A stretch of DNA of 63,917 nt, counting the filler, from Chiloscyllium plagiosum (lineage: Eukaryota), in the NCBI RefSeq assembly GCF_004010195.1. It is 5 parts of one record of this genome, joined end to end, with 100 filler letters (N's around TTAATTAATTAA, not from the genome) between each part and the next. Parts side by side here need not be neighbours in the genome. Positions count along the whole stretch, not along the records: positions 1 to 12,657 come from NC_057712.1; positions 12,758 to 20,392 come from NC_057712.1; 3 more parts are not named here. One strand, written 5' to 3'. A program made the translations under genes and the position numbers. The notes under the pieces were generated by a model. The model was given only the letters and a program-made list of their open reading frames with translations, did not search any database and was not told the DNA's origin. Positions 1-13,504 of this stretch are shown one piece after another; the stretch's first letter is position 1, and each line of letters starts with the position of its first letter.

Positions 1-270
1 CACTGCCGCTCCCTCACCACCAGACGCCTGGAGGAAGCACGCCTCATCTTCCGCCTCGGAACACTTCAACCCCAGGGCATCAATGTGGATTTCAACAGTT
101 TCCTCATTTCCCCTTCCCCCACCTCATCCTAATTTCTAACCTCCAGCAACTCGATCCCCTGACTTGTCCGGACTTGTCTGACCTGCCCAGCTCCTTTTCC
201 ACTTATCCACTCCACCCTCTCCTCCCTGACCTATCACCTTCATCTCCTTCCCCACTGACCTATTGTACTC
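1..270 (+). mobile_element. Penelope-like element 3' fragment (GIY-YIG C-terminus and UTR)
   Basis: Frame 1 reads HCRSLTTRRLEEARLIFRLGTLQPQGINVDFNSF, as in copies near 21000, 23300 and 52650. Confidence 0.85.
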
Positions 271-1226
271 CTAATAACTGTAGTATATCTTACCCTTTGG
301 ATTCTATGAGATTTCTCTTGGTATTTATCCTCCACTGTTTCTCTGAATCACTGTCGTTCTCCAAAGCCCACCCCTGTCTGTCTCTCATTCGATTTAAATC
401 ATGCTGTGTGGAGAATTGTGGCTTTACACCTACACCCTTTACCTTGGGTTGTATAATGTTACAGGGTTAACTGCAAAATGCAGGCAGATTTCCAGGTTAT
501 CTTGAATGTGTCTTTGCAATCAACATTGCAAGTTGAATCTGTGATCATTTTTGACTCGAGGAGATTGCTTCATGGAACCTACTTGAAGAAACAGCAGTGA
601 GGATAGAAACTTTGCTGTGAATGTTCATTGCAGGCGCAGCCAGAAGAAGGGAGTGCACAATGTGATGTGTAAATATAACAGGCACATTCCCAGTGTGTTA
701 GTAGGTAAATGAAACAGGAGGTCTTGACTTCCTTCATCACACATTATGGGTTCATCTGCTGTGGTGGAAATTAAGACCCATCCAGTTGATGTAATTCATA
801 TAAAATATACTACTTTGGCAAATGTGGGATATACAGAACTAGTTTGGTTTGAACTGGAAGCCAACAGGAATTGTCACCAAAATGCATGCAAACCAGAGGA
901 ACATATAGTCGTAGAGTTGAGGAGGCAAATCCAGCATATTTGTCTCAAGGCTGACTGTGACTTTGTTATGTGCAGAGTTGTTTTAATGTTAGAGACTATT
1001 TTCAGCCCCTTGAGTAGGGCCAATGGGATTTTGTGCTATTTCAATTTCTGCAGTGAACAACTACATTCTGCAACAAGGTGATGTGGATTGAAAGGTAAAC
1101 TACAAAGAGAAGTGCAGATTCGACCTCAGATATTGTGACTTGAAACCTAGAAGCTGCATATACACCATTTAGATGCTGCATGCTTTGGAAGCATTCTTCA
1201 ACCTGATTGGTCAAAAAGATATACTG

Positions 1227-1440
1227 AGATGGAAATGTGTTGCTGGAAAAGCGCAGCAGGTCAGGCAGCATCTAGGGAACAGGAGAATCGACGTTTCGGG
1301 CATTAGCCCTTCTTCCTGAAGAAGGGCTAATGCCCAAAACGTCGATTCTCCTGTTCCCTAGATGCTGCCTGACCTGCTGCGCTTTTCCAGCAACACATTT
1401 CCATCTCTGATCTCCAGCATCTGCAGACCTCACTTTCTCC
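1227..1440. mobile_element. Palindromic PLE pLTR mini-element (family A)
   Basis: 89-bp inverted arms (1227-1315 and 1318-1406, 1 mismatch). 16-bp TSD tcaaaaagatatactg at 1211-1226 and 1441-1456. Hammerhead remnant at the centre. Confidence 0.9.
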
Positions 1441-2113
1441 TCAAAAAGATATACTGTTGTGTTTTATGTTTACACAGCTCCCCAAACTCTGTCATTCCAC
1501 TAAATAGCTCTTGAACAAGTACCTTATCGCAAAAGAGCTCACCAAACGTTAGCTGGGCTGAAGAGTGATTGTCATTTCTTCGCTTCTGATCATAAATTCA
1601 ATATTATTAAGTACATTCTTTACTTGTTCACCTTTTCCATTTGTTTACTCTTATAACGAAACTTGGAACTCCATTTCTTGTTTTGATGACCCTCATCAAT
1701 CTGTTACTACAATGCACACATCAAGATTAAAATGGAATACTCTCCACTTGCTGGATAAGTGCAGTTAACAACTATGAAGCTCAACACCACACAGAGCAAA
1801 GCACCCCTCTTCACTGCCACTTGATCTATTACCATCACTCGTGATTCTCTTCACCACGAACACAGTGATAACAATGTGTATGAACAGCTAGATGCACAGC
1901 TTGTCAACGATCTTTCAACAGCACCTTCTGGATGTACAACCTCAACCACCCAGTGGGTGAAGGGCAGCAGATGGATGGGAATATTTCCACCAACATGTTC
2001 CCTTCCAAGTCTGACATCATTAAAGCTGTAACCTATTTCCTGCAATGTTTTGTTTATTGTCTCATTATAACTCCTGAAAGTACAGAAGGTTAAACTGGGA
2101 TTTAACTTCCAGA

Positions 2114-3325
2114 GGGGAGAAAGTGAGGACTGCAGATGCTGGAGATCAGAGCTGAAAGTGTGTTGCTGGAAAAGCACAGCAGGTCAGGCAGCATCCAAGG
2201 AGCAGGAGAATCGACGTTTCGGGCATGAGTCCTTCTTCAGGAATGAGGAAAGTGTGTCCAGCAGGCTAAGATAAAAGGTAGGGAGGAGGGACTTGGGGGA
2301 GGGGTGTTGGAAATGCGATAGGTGGAAGGAGGTCAAGGTGAGGGTGATAGGCCGGAGTGGNNNNNNNNNNNNNNNNNNNNNNNNNNNNNNNNNNNNNNNN
2401 NNNNNNNNNNNNNNNNNNNNNNNNNNNNNNNNNNNNNNNNNNNNNNNNNNNNNNNNNNNNNNNNNNNNNNNNNNNNNNNNNNNNNNNNNNNNNNNNNNNN
2501 NNNNNNNNNNNNNNNNNNNNNNNNNNNNNNNNNNNNNNNNNNNNNGGCCTTGGAGGGAAGTAAGGGGGGAGGTGTGGGCGCAAGTTTTGCATTTCTTGCG
2601 GTTGCAGGGGAAGGTGCCGGGAGTGGAGGTTGGGTTGGTGGGGGGTGTGGACCTGATGAGGGAGTCACGGAGGGAGTGGTCTTTTCGGAACGCTGATAGG
2701 GGAGGGGAGGGAAATATATGTTTCCGCCACCTCTGTTTGGAGGTGGCGGAAATGACGGCGGATGATACGCTGTACATGGAGCTTGGTGGGGTGGTAGATG
2801 AGGACCAGTGGGGTTCTGTCCTGGTAGCCGTTGGAGGGGCGGGGCTCAAGGGCAGAAGAGCGGGAAGTGGAAGAGATGCGGTGGAGGGCATCGTCGACCA
2901 CGTCTGAGGGGAAATTGCGGTCCTTGAAGAAGGAGGCCATCTGGGTTGTACGGATTCCATATTCCCAATTCCTTCACAACACCTTCCACCCCGACCTCAA
3001 ATTCACCTGGACCGTCTCAGACTCGTCCCTTCCCTTCCGAGACCTTTCCATTTCTATCTCGGGCGACCAAATCAACACAGACATTTACTATAAACCAACC
3101 GACTCCCACAGCTACCTAGACTACACCTCCTCCCACCCTGCCCCCTGTAAAAACGCCATCCCATATTCCCAATTCCTTCGTCTCCGCCGTATCTGCTCCC
3201 AGGAAAACCAGTTCCAAATCCGTACAAAGACATTCCTGAAGAAGGGCTTATGCCCAAAACGTCGATTCTCCTGTTCCCTAGATGCTGCCTGACCTGCTGC
3301 GCTTTTCCAGCAACACATTTTCAGC
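2114..3325 (-). mobile_element. Neptune-like PLE with an inverted RT segment and inverted pLTRs
   Basis: Minus strand encodes GTFPCNRKKCKTC. Plus strand 2955-3230 encodes TDIYYKPTDSHSYLDYTSSHP...IPYSQFLRLRRICS. 14-bp TSD atttaacttccaga at 2100-2113 and 3326-3339. Contains an N gap. Confidence 0.88.
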
Positions 3326-5852
3326 ATTTAACTTCCAGAAACAAACAAAATCAGAAATTGCAGTAGAAACTCAACAGATCTGGCAGCATCTGTGGAGGGA
3401 GAAACAGAGTTAACATTTTGAGTCTAGTGACACTTCTTTAGAACTTAAGACTTTTTTTTTGAGATCTCCAACATCTGCGGTTCATTGTGTTATTTTACTT
3501 CCCAGAAATGTGATTTGATGCCAAGTCAGGAAGTGTGATATGCATCCAAGTGGGATGGTGAGTGATTTGGATAAATACTTTTCAGATTTTCCTTAGATAA
3601 CACTGCTGTTTGACTTGGTGGAAGAGGTCACAGGACAGGGAGATACTCTTCTGATAACCTTGATAAGTTGATCAGATTCAAGGTCATAAAGGCTTTTGAT
3701 TGAATAAATAGGTAGAAATTGTTATTGCCAGATGAATATAAACCAGATTTAAGATATAAAAAAAACAGCAAGGAGACAAAAGCATTATTTTTGTTGTCTG
3801 TAGTGTGTTGTTATGGTGATTTTTTTTTTGCAGAGTCAGCATTTATTGTCCACCTTTAGTTATGCTTGGCTTGCTCAGCCTTTTCAGAGAGCAGCTAAGA
3901 GCCATCCATACACATTTGTGTCCAGAGTACCCCCATGTAGGCCAGACCAGGTAAGGATAGTAGGTTTCCTTCTCTAAAGAAAGGTTATTTGTACACTAAA
4001 CAGATTTTCAAACAGCAAATCAATAGCAACGTCATGGTTACCATTATAGAGACTAGTTTTTGTTTATTTCCAGCAGCTGCTATAGTGAGATTTGAACCTT
4101 TGTTCCAAATCATTCACCTACATTACTCGTCAAGTGATATTACCGCTACAGCATCTCCTTCCACTAACAATAAAACTGATTTAATTGTAACTTTCTAAAG
4201 CGGATTGGATAGGACTAATAGATCAAATGGTCTCTTATTGTCCAAATGATACCATGAATTTGAGAATAGCTAAGGATTTTCAATTTTATCAGCATTCAAC
4301 AGAATGTCCATGGTGCCGAAGAAGGCCATTCTGCCTGGTTCTCCAAAGAGTCGTCCTGCTCCCTTGCCTTCTCCCTGCAGCCCTCCACATTCCTCTTTTT
4401 CACATAATATTTTGGTTCCCATAAACCCTTGATTAAACCTGCCTCCACCACATGGTCATGCAGCACATTTCAGGTCCTAACCACTTGATATGTGTAAGTG
4501 CCTTTTGTCAATTACCTTCTCTACCCTCTCATTCTCAATCCTTTTCAAATGGGTACAGTATTTCCTGGTCTATTCTGTCCTGACTCCTCATAATCTTGTA
4601 TGCCTCTGTCAAATTTGCTTGACTTATTTGTGTGCTCTAAGTTATGCTTTTGCTGAAAGTCCTTAGTAGTGCATGTGATTAGTCCTTACAGTTTGGCAGA
4701 ATTTTGAAATGAGATTATGAGACTGTGATTATTTTGACTATAAGTATGGCAAGATGTGTAACCTGAGCGATTATGTTACAAAACTGTGCATGACATTCTA
4801 TGCACTTAACCAGTATTCACATACTTTAAGAACCTGGTTGCTAGTCATTACCTGTGATTTTGAACCACTTAACTACAAAACAAACATTAAGACCCAAAAA
4901 CTAACATTAAGTTCTCAAAAAAAAAGCTGAGACCAAGTTATTTATTGTCCCTGACTGGAAAATGAATGATTAGGAGGAAGAAATAATCACAGATGTGCTT
5001 TGAAGTCTGGCCCTTGTGTACTGGAGATATATTACCTATCAGTTTAGGGAGGGTGGGGTGCTACAGTGATGTACTGTACAAAATGTTACATATAAATATA
5101 TGCTATAAGGAGGTAATTAGCAGTAAATATGGTTAGGACCACAAGGGAAAATTAAGTGCAGATGTGAAAAACAATGAAGAATGGAGTGTTCACATAAATC
5201 TGCTAATGTGGGATCACCTAAAATCACAAATGCATTACCTGAATCAATTACAAATGGATCATCACTGTTTTGCCTCTACATAAGTGCACCCTTTCTCAAA
5301 GCTTAATATTTTAACTGATTAGAAGCACATTTTAAAGATGCAAATCTCAAAATGTTAATGATCTGTAATTTTAGCTGCACTGATAAGTTTTGAGGGTAAT
5401 TGTGGCACCGGGCTTGGTGCTTAATCATATAAAAGAAGGAAGTCCCATGGTCTGGTTCACACTGAGTTAGCTGATTACAGTTAAAGTGACATTGGTCCTG
5501 GGCTACAAAAGGAAGTAAGACAATAATCCCACTCTCACTTGTTGTGGTATGCACAGATATCATGTCAGGAGAGGAGTTGATGTTGGCTATGTATCATCTT
5601 CAAGCATGCAGCCATTTTCTAATTGAACTGCAGATTATCCAGAGGATTGAAAGGACGACTTTTACTCCTAAATTCCCACTTTCAGCTCTCATTTTCAGCG
5701 GAGGTGTAGCTGATTTGCCAATGCTTCCTTGTACATAACTATTGATGGATATAGGCATCGCTGGTTGGGCCAGCATTTATTGATAACCTCTAATTGCCAG
5801 ATAAGAGATGATAGTGACCTGCCTTCTTGAACCACTACAGTTCTTGGTATAT

Positions 5853-6183
5853 CATAGAATCCCTACAGTGTGGAAACAGGCCATTTGGCACAACAAGTCC
5901 ACACTGACCCTCCGAAGAGTAACCCACCCAGACTTATGCCCCTACCATATCACTCTACATTTACCCCTGACTAATGCAGCTAACCTACACATCCCTGAAC
6001 ACTGTGGGCAATTTAGCATGGTCAATTGACCTAATCTGCACATCTCTGGATTGTGGGAGGAAACTAGAGCACCCAGAGGGAGCCCACAGAGACACAGGGA
6101 GGATGTGTAAAGTCGTCTGAGGCTGGAAACAAACCTAGGTCCCTGAGACTGTGAGGCAGCAATGCTAACCACCGTGTCGCCCA
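5853..6183 (-). mobile_element. HE1-type tRNA-derived SINE
   Basis: Head ggcgacacggtggttagcattgctgcctcacag, V-domain-like core and tail ggcctgtttccacactgtagggattcta. Confidence 0.85.
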
Positions 6184-8163
6184 AGGCACCCTTATATGGA
6201 CATCTACAGTGTTGTTTGAAAGAGCATTATAGGGTTTTGACCTAGCCACAGTAAAGAATTGACAATGTCATGTGTAACTTGGAGGTGAACTTGCTGCAGC
6301 TCTTGTCCTACATAGTAGAGGTTATGATTTTGCAGGTGCTGTTGGACGAGTCTTGGTGGGTTAATACAACTTCTAGGAATGGAAGATTGATATCACAGGC
6401 ACAGCTGCTGTCAACAGAAGTAAAGTACTTTAAATTTGCATTTGTCCTTGTCTATGTCTAGTGCTTTGTTTATTTTTTTGGAAGGAAATATTCCTTTTTA
6501 AACAATTGTTTATGAAGGATATCGCAAAAGAAATGTTTAACATGTGTTGTGTCATGAAACTTGTAAATGCTAGTTATAAGGCTGTCAGTCAGATAATTCT
6601 GCAAGATTGTACCTCAATGCATATGGTTTTAACGTGACTGTTCCAACATAGGTCTTTAGAAGTTAAATGCTTCATTCAATACATTCCCGTAATTTACACA
6701 TCATTTCAATTTATTTTATGTGAGCTGCAAATCCTTTTGTAACTGTATAATTGGAGTGAAGCTCCACAATATGTGGTGTGGTGTAATGTTATGTATGTGG
6801 GTGTGTGGATGTGTGTTCGCGTGTGGGTGGACAGGGATTTTTGATAGATGGGGGAGGTAGCTGAGGAAATTCCAGACATGGAGAAATTGTGTGCAGATTT
6901 ATTCTTGAATGGAACAGTTTCCATGGTCTAGTTTGGTAAACTAAATGCAGTAACATCATAACAGGATTGGGTTCCACATGGTCCAATCTCCAGAAATACA
7001 TTTAACTAGAGTTGGCAATTCCATCCACAGCACTGAAACAAAAATTAACAAAAAATGCTGATGTTACTCATAGCAGGTAGCATCTAAAAAGAGAAAAGAC
7101 AGATGAAAATAATATCTAACATACATATACTTCATTAATTCTGAGAGAACGCTTGAACAGCTCCAAGATTGTGCCTATAATGTAGTGTCTGTTTCAAAGG
7201 TAGGCACCACAAAAATGATCAATTTTGTTCTTTTTACAGAAGCAGTCTGGCATGCTGTGGGTTTGCCAAGTTTTGATATTTTCTCTGCAGATTTCCAATA
7301 TTCGCAGTGTATTGGTTCTTATTTTCATCTTAACAGTGAATACTTCATAATCCTTCTTATTTATCCAACTTTAATAGCTTTGTCTGATCCAATGCATAGA
7401 TAATGTTATCATCATTTATTGTTCAAACAAAAATACTTAATGGAGTTGAACAATGTTCTTCCTTTTATAAAAAAGCAGTAAATGTAGGTTAGGTCACTAG
7501 TGAGCAAGTCTGTTGAGCTTATATTTTTCCTCAGGGTAACTTTACTCCATGTATATAAGAAAAGGCTGCCACTAATTTCACATCATTGAATTGCTGTTAA
7601 ATGTGAACTCCTGCTCTCTTTGGCTGCAGTGCACCCAGTGATCTGATGATTGTGTGCCCTTTTGCTCTGCAATCTTTCCCATTAATCATCTGCTGATGAC
7701 CCTTGGTCACATAACAGAAAGCTTCGACCATGTTAATAGATTGTTGTTAACACATTCCCAATTAAATAAGCAGTTACTTTGTATGTTTCACAAAACAAGT
7801 GCTGGAGAAAAACATTTTAAGTAATAAAATGAGAAAAGGCGGATGTGCCATCTTACTTCAGAAGCGCAAAGACTGTGAAGGTTTTCGTTCAGATTTTGAA
7901 CTGGTGATTGCCTGATGAATGTTATTGTTCTAATTATTTTAAAGTTTATTGGGCTGGGATTTATAGGTTACTGTACATAAAGGTGAAAAATCTTCAAACT
8001 AAGCACAGAAAAAAATTGTAAATGATTGATTGCCTTTCTTGAATCAGCATGATACTTTCCTTTCCATTGGCTCGGAATTAAAATAAAATGAAAAGTAATA
8101 AATATTAGAATATTTTTGCTTTAAAGTTGTTATCTTTTTCACACCCAGCACATTAGGATAGGA

Positions 8164-8387
8164 ATAAATTATTGCAGATGCTAGAATCTGTACTGAAAAC
8201 AAGAAATGCTGGAGATCACAGAGGGTCAGGCAGCATCCATGGAGAGAAAGCAAACTAACGTTTCGAGTCTAGGTGACTCTCCATCAGATGAAGACTCTGA
8301 TGAAGAGTCAGTTAGACTCAAAACGTTAGCTTGCTTTCTCTCCATAGATGCTGCCTGACCCACTGTGATCTCCAGCATTTCTTGATT
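8164..8387. mobile_element. Palindromic PLE pLTR mini-element (family B)
   Basis: Inverted arms, each with a hammerhead-like core (CTGATGAAGAGTC-loop-GACTC-AAAACGTT on plus). 19-bp TSD ccagcacattaggatagga at 8145-8163 and 8388-8406. Confidence 0.85.
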
Positions 8388-9292
8388 CCAGCACATTAGG
8401 ATAGGATGTTTAGAATTTTGTCGAAGACTTTCATTGGCTGCAAAACTAGAAATTGGATGCCGTAGTATTTATTCGAGCAGACAACATTATTCTCTTCGTA
8501 GGATTCCACTCTTACCTGTCCAGATATAACCAGTACATCCCAACAATGGTATACCTTCACAACCCTGTGCAGTCAAGAATCCTAAAGTTTTATCCTTGGT
8601 CACCTCTTCTTCCTCATCTATAATGTCATCAGGGTTCATAATATTATTGTTATTTGAGAACCAGTGAGTGCTGGGGATGCTGAGTTGCTTAGAAGTCAGT
8701 GAAAAGAAAGCCCCAGAAACAGAAAGCTGCGGACATGACAGAGAGGACTATGTCCTACAAACTTATTGAAGATGTGAGCTTAGGAAACGCATGTAAAGCA
8801 TTACTAGTGAGCTACGTTAGCTAGTTCCTTTAAGATTCTTGGAAAAATATATTACTGAAGAAAATATTATTGTGCAATTGGATAGAAATCTGTCAAAAGA
8901 AAATCAGTGTAACTGTGCCAACTGAGCAAAGCTTCAGCATGGAGATAGGATTCACTCTTCACTGAGAATTAAGTGTCTGTAAAATAAACAGAAATTAGCC
9001 TTTCTTTCTGACTGTAATTATATCATTTGGATACTTTTTGTATATTCTAACAGTTTGTGCTTTTTTAACTTTTTCATAATAAACATTTATGTTGCACTAT
9101 AAAGCAAACATTAGCAACCTCTTGTGAATAATTTCTTATGTTGTATAAAGCTAGCTGCACTTTGGGAACTAATGTGTAGTATTACCATCAATTGGGAACA
9201 TACAATATGCTAGCATCATCTATAAACATAGAAGGCAAGATTTCAATTATAGAATGGAAAGGTCAAGTCTCAGCAAATCTACTTCCATGGTA

Positions 9293-9638
9293 GCCATGAT
9301 GTGGAGGAGTCGGTGTTGGACTAGGGTGGGCAAAGTTAAAAATCACACAACACTAGGTTATAGTCCAACAGGTTTATTTGGAAGCACTAGCTTTTGGAGC
9401 GCTGCTCCTTCTTCAGGTGGTTGTGAAGCAGAACCATAAGGCACAGAATATATAGCAAAAGATTACACTGAATTGCAAGTAAAATTTACTTGCATGACAC
9501 TGTAATATTTTGCTATAAATTCAGTGTCTTATGGTCCTGTTTCACATTACTTGATGAAGGAGCAATGCTCCGAGAGCTAGTGCTTCCACATTAACCTGTT
9601 GGACTATAATCTGATATTGGGTGATTTATTTTTTAAAT
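9293..9638. mobile_element. Palindromic PLE pLTR mini-element (family C)
   Basis: Inverted arms homologous to 12850-13045. TSD tacttcca(t/c)ggta at 9280-9292 and 9639-9651. Confidence 0.8.
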
Positions 9639-11009
9639 TACTTCCACGGTAATAACAACTACACTTGCAACTTTCACTAAGGTGGTAAGGAAGCTTCACT
9701 AAATTGTGCTTTGTTCAAGTTTGATGGAAACCATGGATGCAGGTGATTGCCAAGATGTGCTGGTTAGAAGGCCAGCCTGAGTTCTCTGATACACCCACCC
9801 ATTTTTATAAAAGGATCTTTAGGATCCCTTATCAATTATCTCCCACCCAAGTCCAAAATCTCCTCATAACGCCCCCCCCCCCCCATGTCATCTCTACGCT
9901 CTCATAATTCTATGTCACCTCTATCTTATATCACTCCCACATTCCACATCATACCAAAATGCCACTTGTATCATTTCATATATTGCATATCACCTATATG
10001 CCAACTCATAGTTCTTATGCCACCTCCTTGCACTCTCATATCTCCATGCCACTTTCACAGCCATTTATCCAATATCAATTATGAGTAAACTTCACACTTT
10101 ATGTGGAAATAAACTTTTAATATCTAAGAGGGCTCTCACTCATACACATTGATATTGAAAGGAACTCCTTTCATTCATAAAACCCATTTAGAAATCTTAA
10201 ATCTCCACATGTGGTCAATCTAATATAAAATGTGATAAATCTTCATTTGCACAGACTTTTATAAAGCCTCTTAAAAGTGTCAACCAAAATGTTAATTTTG
10301 TCCCACTTACCCCACCGCACTGAAATAACTAGCTTTGGAGCTTTTGAAGCTCAATCAAGCATTCATAATGGACTCAGGTGTTTTTTCATCACTTAAAAAA
10401 TTTGAACAATGAAGTCTATTGAAACTTCAAGGACAAAAGAGAATTTGTTGTCATGTCAATTTATGTACTCACATGAGGTGAGTTGTGTTGACAGTTATAA
10501 CTTCTTTTTATTTTTAAATGGCTTGAATTTAAATAAAACACTTAAGAACATGACATTTCACTAGACCTAATTTATCTTACAAGAGATTACACACTCCTCA
10601 TTTTTTAATATGTCCATCCAACCCTTTTTAATGAATAAAACCTGTTTTCTTGTGCATCACACTGTCTCCATGATTTGTGGTAAAGATGGTGGTCGCCTTG
10701 ACTCTATTATCTGGAACTATCTACCTAAAATCCTTTGGATTGCCATTTCTTCCATAGCCTATTCTCACAGCCTAACTCTTCAAATAAGTTTTCATCTCGG
10801 TTTTTTTTCCAACTCTCCTACCATGGCTCGATGTGCATTTGTAAAAAAAATCAGGATATTTTGTGTTAGAGATGTTATCTAAAATGCTTTGTTATTGAAT
10901 TTGAATGCATTATCACAACAGGTTATCTGCTTAGATGCTTCCTGCCAGCTTTTAGACCAAAGTAAGATGATAATGAGAGAAAGTGTATGCAAAAAGAATT
11001 CCAATACAA

Positions 11010-11420
11010 TTCTAAGGGGATTTAAGGGGGTAGATGCTGGGAGGATGTTTCCCTATGAGGAGTATATATAATTAAAATGAACAGTTTAAGAACAGTGGGT
11101 CTCGCACTTAAATGGCAATATGAAAGATTTTGTTCTCTCAGAGAGTTGTAAATCTTTGGAAATATCTTTCATGTGGAGCAGTGAAGGCTGGGACATTAAA
11201 TAAGTTCAAGCTGAGTATTACATATTTTTGGTGAGCATATGAGTCAAGGGGCTAACTGGAAAAAGAGAATCGACATTTCAGGCATAAGCCCTTCATCAGT
11301 TTCCTGAACAAGGACTAGAGTTAAGGCCACAATCAGACCAGCCATAATCATATTGAATTGCAGAGCATCCTCGATGGGCCAAATGGACTATGCCAGTTCT
11401 TCTTTCTTGCATTATTATGA
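11010..11420 (+). mobile_element. Degenerate CR1 3' end
   Basis: ttctctcagagagttgtaaatctttggaa and gatgggccaaatggac motifs. Confidence 0.7.
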
Positions 11421-12086
11421 TCAATCTATCCAATTTTAATCACCTTTTCCAAATTTGAATTTTTTAAAAAAATTGATTATGGGCCATATCTTCATTGAAA
11501 AGGGTTATATTTATTGTCCCTCCCTCTTTGCTCCATACTTATTCACAAACAGTTGGTTGCTGTTAGGAGATGGTGTTAGTTCAGGCATTAGTCACCAGTC
11601 TAGTGCAGGCTCTTGAAAAGCATTCAAGTGGCAATTCTTTTTTGAATCACCCTAGCATTAAAGTTTCTCGTGATAGTTTCAGCTCCTTTACCAAGATGTG
11701 TCCTGTGCTGAATATGGGGTAACCCAACATTGCTGCTTAATGTCCAACATGGCCACCTCTGAACTCTTTAGCACCTAATATATTCAGTGAGGATTGCCTC
11801 TATGTAGTTTACACTTAGCTGAGGTGGCTGGATAGCCCCAATGTATCAGATTAACACCTACAGCAATGGTTTTGATCCCCATTTTGGCTAAGGTAAACTT
11901 GGGATCTGCCTCCTAACTGTACTTGTAATTTTAAAAATCATTGCAATTTACTATGGTTTTCAGAATAATTTCAAATTGGGCAGAAAACTCAAGAAGATTG
12001 CATTTTTAAGCCAACTGATAAACAAGAATTGTCCCCTCTTAATTGTTTTGTCAGATTAACATTGGGCCAATATTTAATCCAATTTT

Positions 12087-12657
12087 AGAACATAGAACAT
12101 AGAAAAATACAGCACAGTACAGGCCCTTTGGCCCTCGATGTTGTGCCGATCCAAGCCCACCTAACCTACACTAGCCCACTATCTTCCATGTGCCTATCCA
12201 ATGCCCGTTTAAATGCCCATAAAGAGGGAGAGTCCACCACTGCTACTGGCAGGGCATTCCATGAACTCACGACTCGCTGAGTAAAGAATCTACCCCTAAG
12301 ATCTGTCCTATACCTACCAACCCTTAATTTAAAGCTATGCCCCCTCGTAATAGCTGACTCCATACGTGGAAAAAGGTTCTCATGGTCAACCCTATCTAAA
12401 CCCCTAATCATCTTGTACACCTCTGGCAAGTCACCCCTAAACCTTCTTTTCTCCAATGAAAACAGCCCCAAGTGCCTCAGCCTTTCCTCATACGATCTTC
12501 CTACCATACCAGGCAACATCCTGGTAAACCTCCTCTGCACCCGTTCCAGTGCCTCCACATCCTTCCTATAGTATGGCGACCAAAACTGCACACAATACTC
12601 CAGATGCGGCCGCACCAGAGTCTTATACAACTGCAACATGACCTCAGGACTCCAGAA
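12087..12657 (-). mobile_element. CR1 (HER1-like) LINE 3' end
   Basis: Encodes LYKTLVRPHLEYCVQFWSP...FFTQRVVSSWNALP. (TTCTATG)n tail. Confidence 0.92.
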
Positions 12658-12757
12658 NNNNNNNNNNNNNNNNNNNNNNNNNNNNNNNNNNNNNNNNNNN
12701 NTTAATTAATTAANNNNNNNNNNNNNNNNNNNNNNNNNNNNNNNNNNNNNNNNNNNN
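12658..12757. other. Artificial scaffold linker N44-TTAATTAATTAA-N44 (also 20393-20492, 29312-29411, 59645-59744)
   Basis: Four identical 100-nt spacers carrying a six-frame-stop 12-mer. Confidence 0.95.
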
Positions 12758-13047
12758 AAAGAAAGGGTTTTGTGATTTACACATGAAAGAAGTGAAACTA
12801 TCACTGTATTCTAACAGATGAAAGGCTTAACAGACAATCAATTTTTCAATGTATAATTTCAGTTACATCACACTGCAAATTTTTGCTATAAATTCTGTGT
12901 TACGATCGAGCCCTCCACAATCACCTGATGAAGGAGCGTCGCTCCGAAAGCTAGTGTGCTTCCAATTAAACCTGTTGGACTATAACCTGGTGTTCTGTGA
13001 TTTTTAACTTTGTACACCCCAGTCCAACACCGGCATCTCCAAATCAT
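12758..13047 (+). mobile_element. PLE pLTR/3' end (family C)
   Basis: Homologous to the arms of 9293-9638, contains an intact hammerhead and starts at a gap. Confidence 0.8.
12922..12956 (+). ncRNA. Minimal type I hammerhead ribozyme motif
   Basis: CAC-CTGATGA-A-GGAGC gtc GCTCC-GAA-AGCT-A-GTG: full core, 5-bp stem II, palindromic stem III (AGCT) and stem I CAC/GTG. Confidence 0.8.
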
Positions 13048-13504
13048 CAATATTTAAAACTTGCTTCCCAGGGTTTTGATTATAACAGTAACATATAGTT
13101 TTTTTTCGCTTTTGCTTTATTTTTTTTGTCTCTTTGTTTTTCACAATGCATTCATTTGTGAAGATTTCTGCTTATATGACAGATTTTCCTTACTGCAGTG
13201 TTAATGGTCCCTTCCATTTATGATAGACTTACCCAGACAAATATCCAGGAGGGAAACCTCAAAGAAATCTCTGGTATTACTGATGATTGACTGACAAATT
13301 GTTCCTATGCACGCATTCAGTTCGGATTATGAACTTCTCCTATATCAGCATCATTATGTCTGTTGCCATCCCCATCCCACTTCTGTTGCTGTCAGTCTTC
13401 CTCAACTTACAAATCCAGCTGTTTCATGCCTTTGTCCAGAGAAATATCCAATACATAAAACATATGACTCTAATGCAGGACATTCTTCTCAACTAGTGCT
13501 TAGA

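Noticed and set aside
746..1081. 111-aa ORF
   Set aside because: No recognisable domain or splice context. Expected by chance, like most short ORFs in the track.
1330..1342. Repeated G-to-A loss in the hammerhead GAAA (also near 3256 and 8320) as selection against sense ribozymes
   Set aside because: The G is in a CpG, so ordinary methyl-C decay explains it. A minus-strand copy near 44245 shows the same change.
7643..7698. Possible C/D snoRNA (TGATGA...CTGA)
   Set aside because: Too short, no terminal stem and no recognisable guide sequence.
12702..12713. Recurrent palindrome TTAATTAATTAA
   Set aside because: Always centred in 44+44 Ns. It is an artificial contig linker with six-frame stops, not biology.
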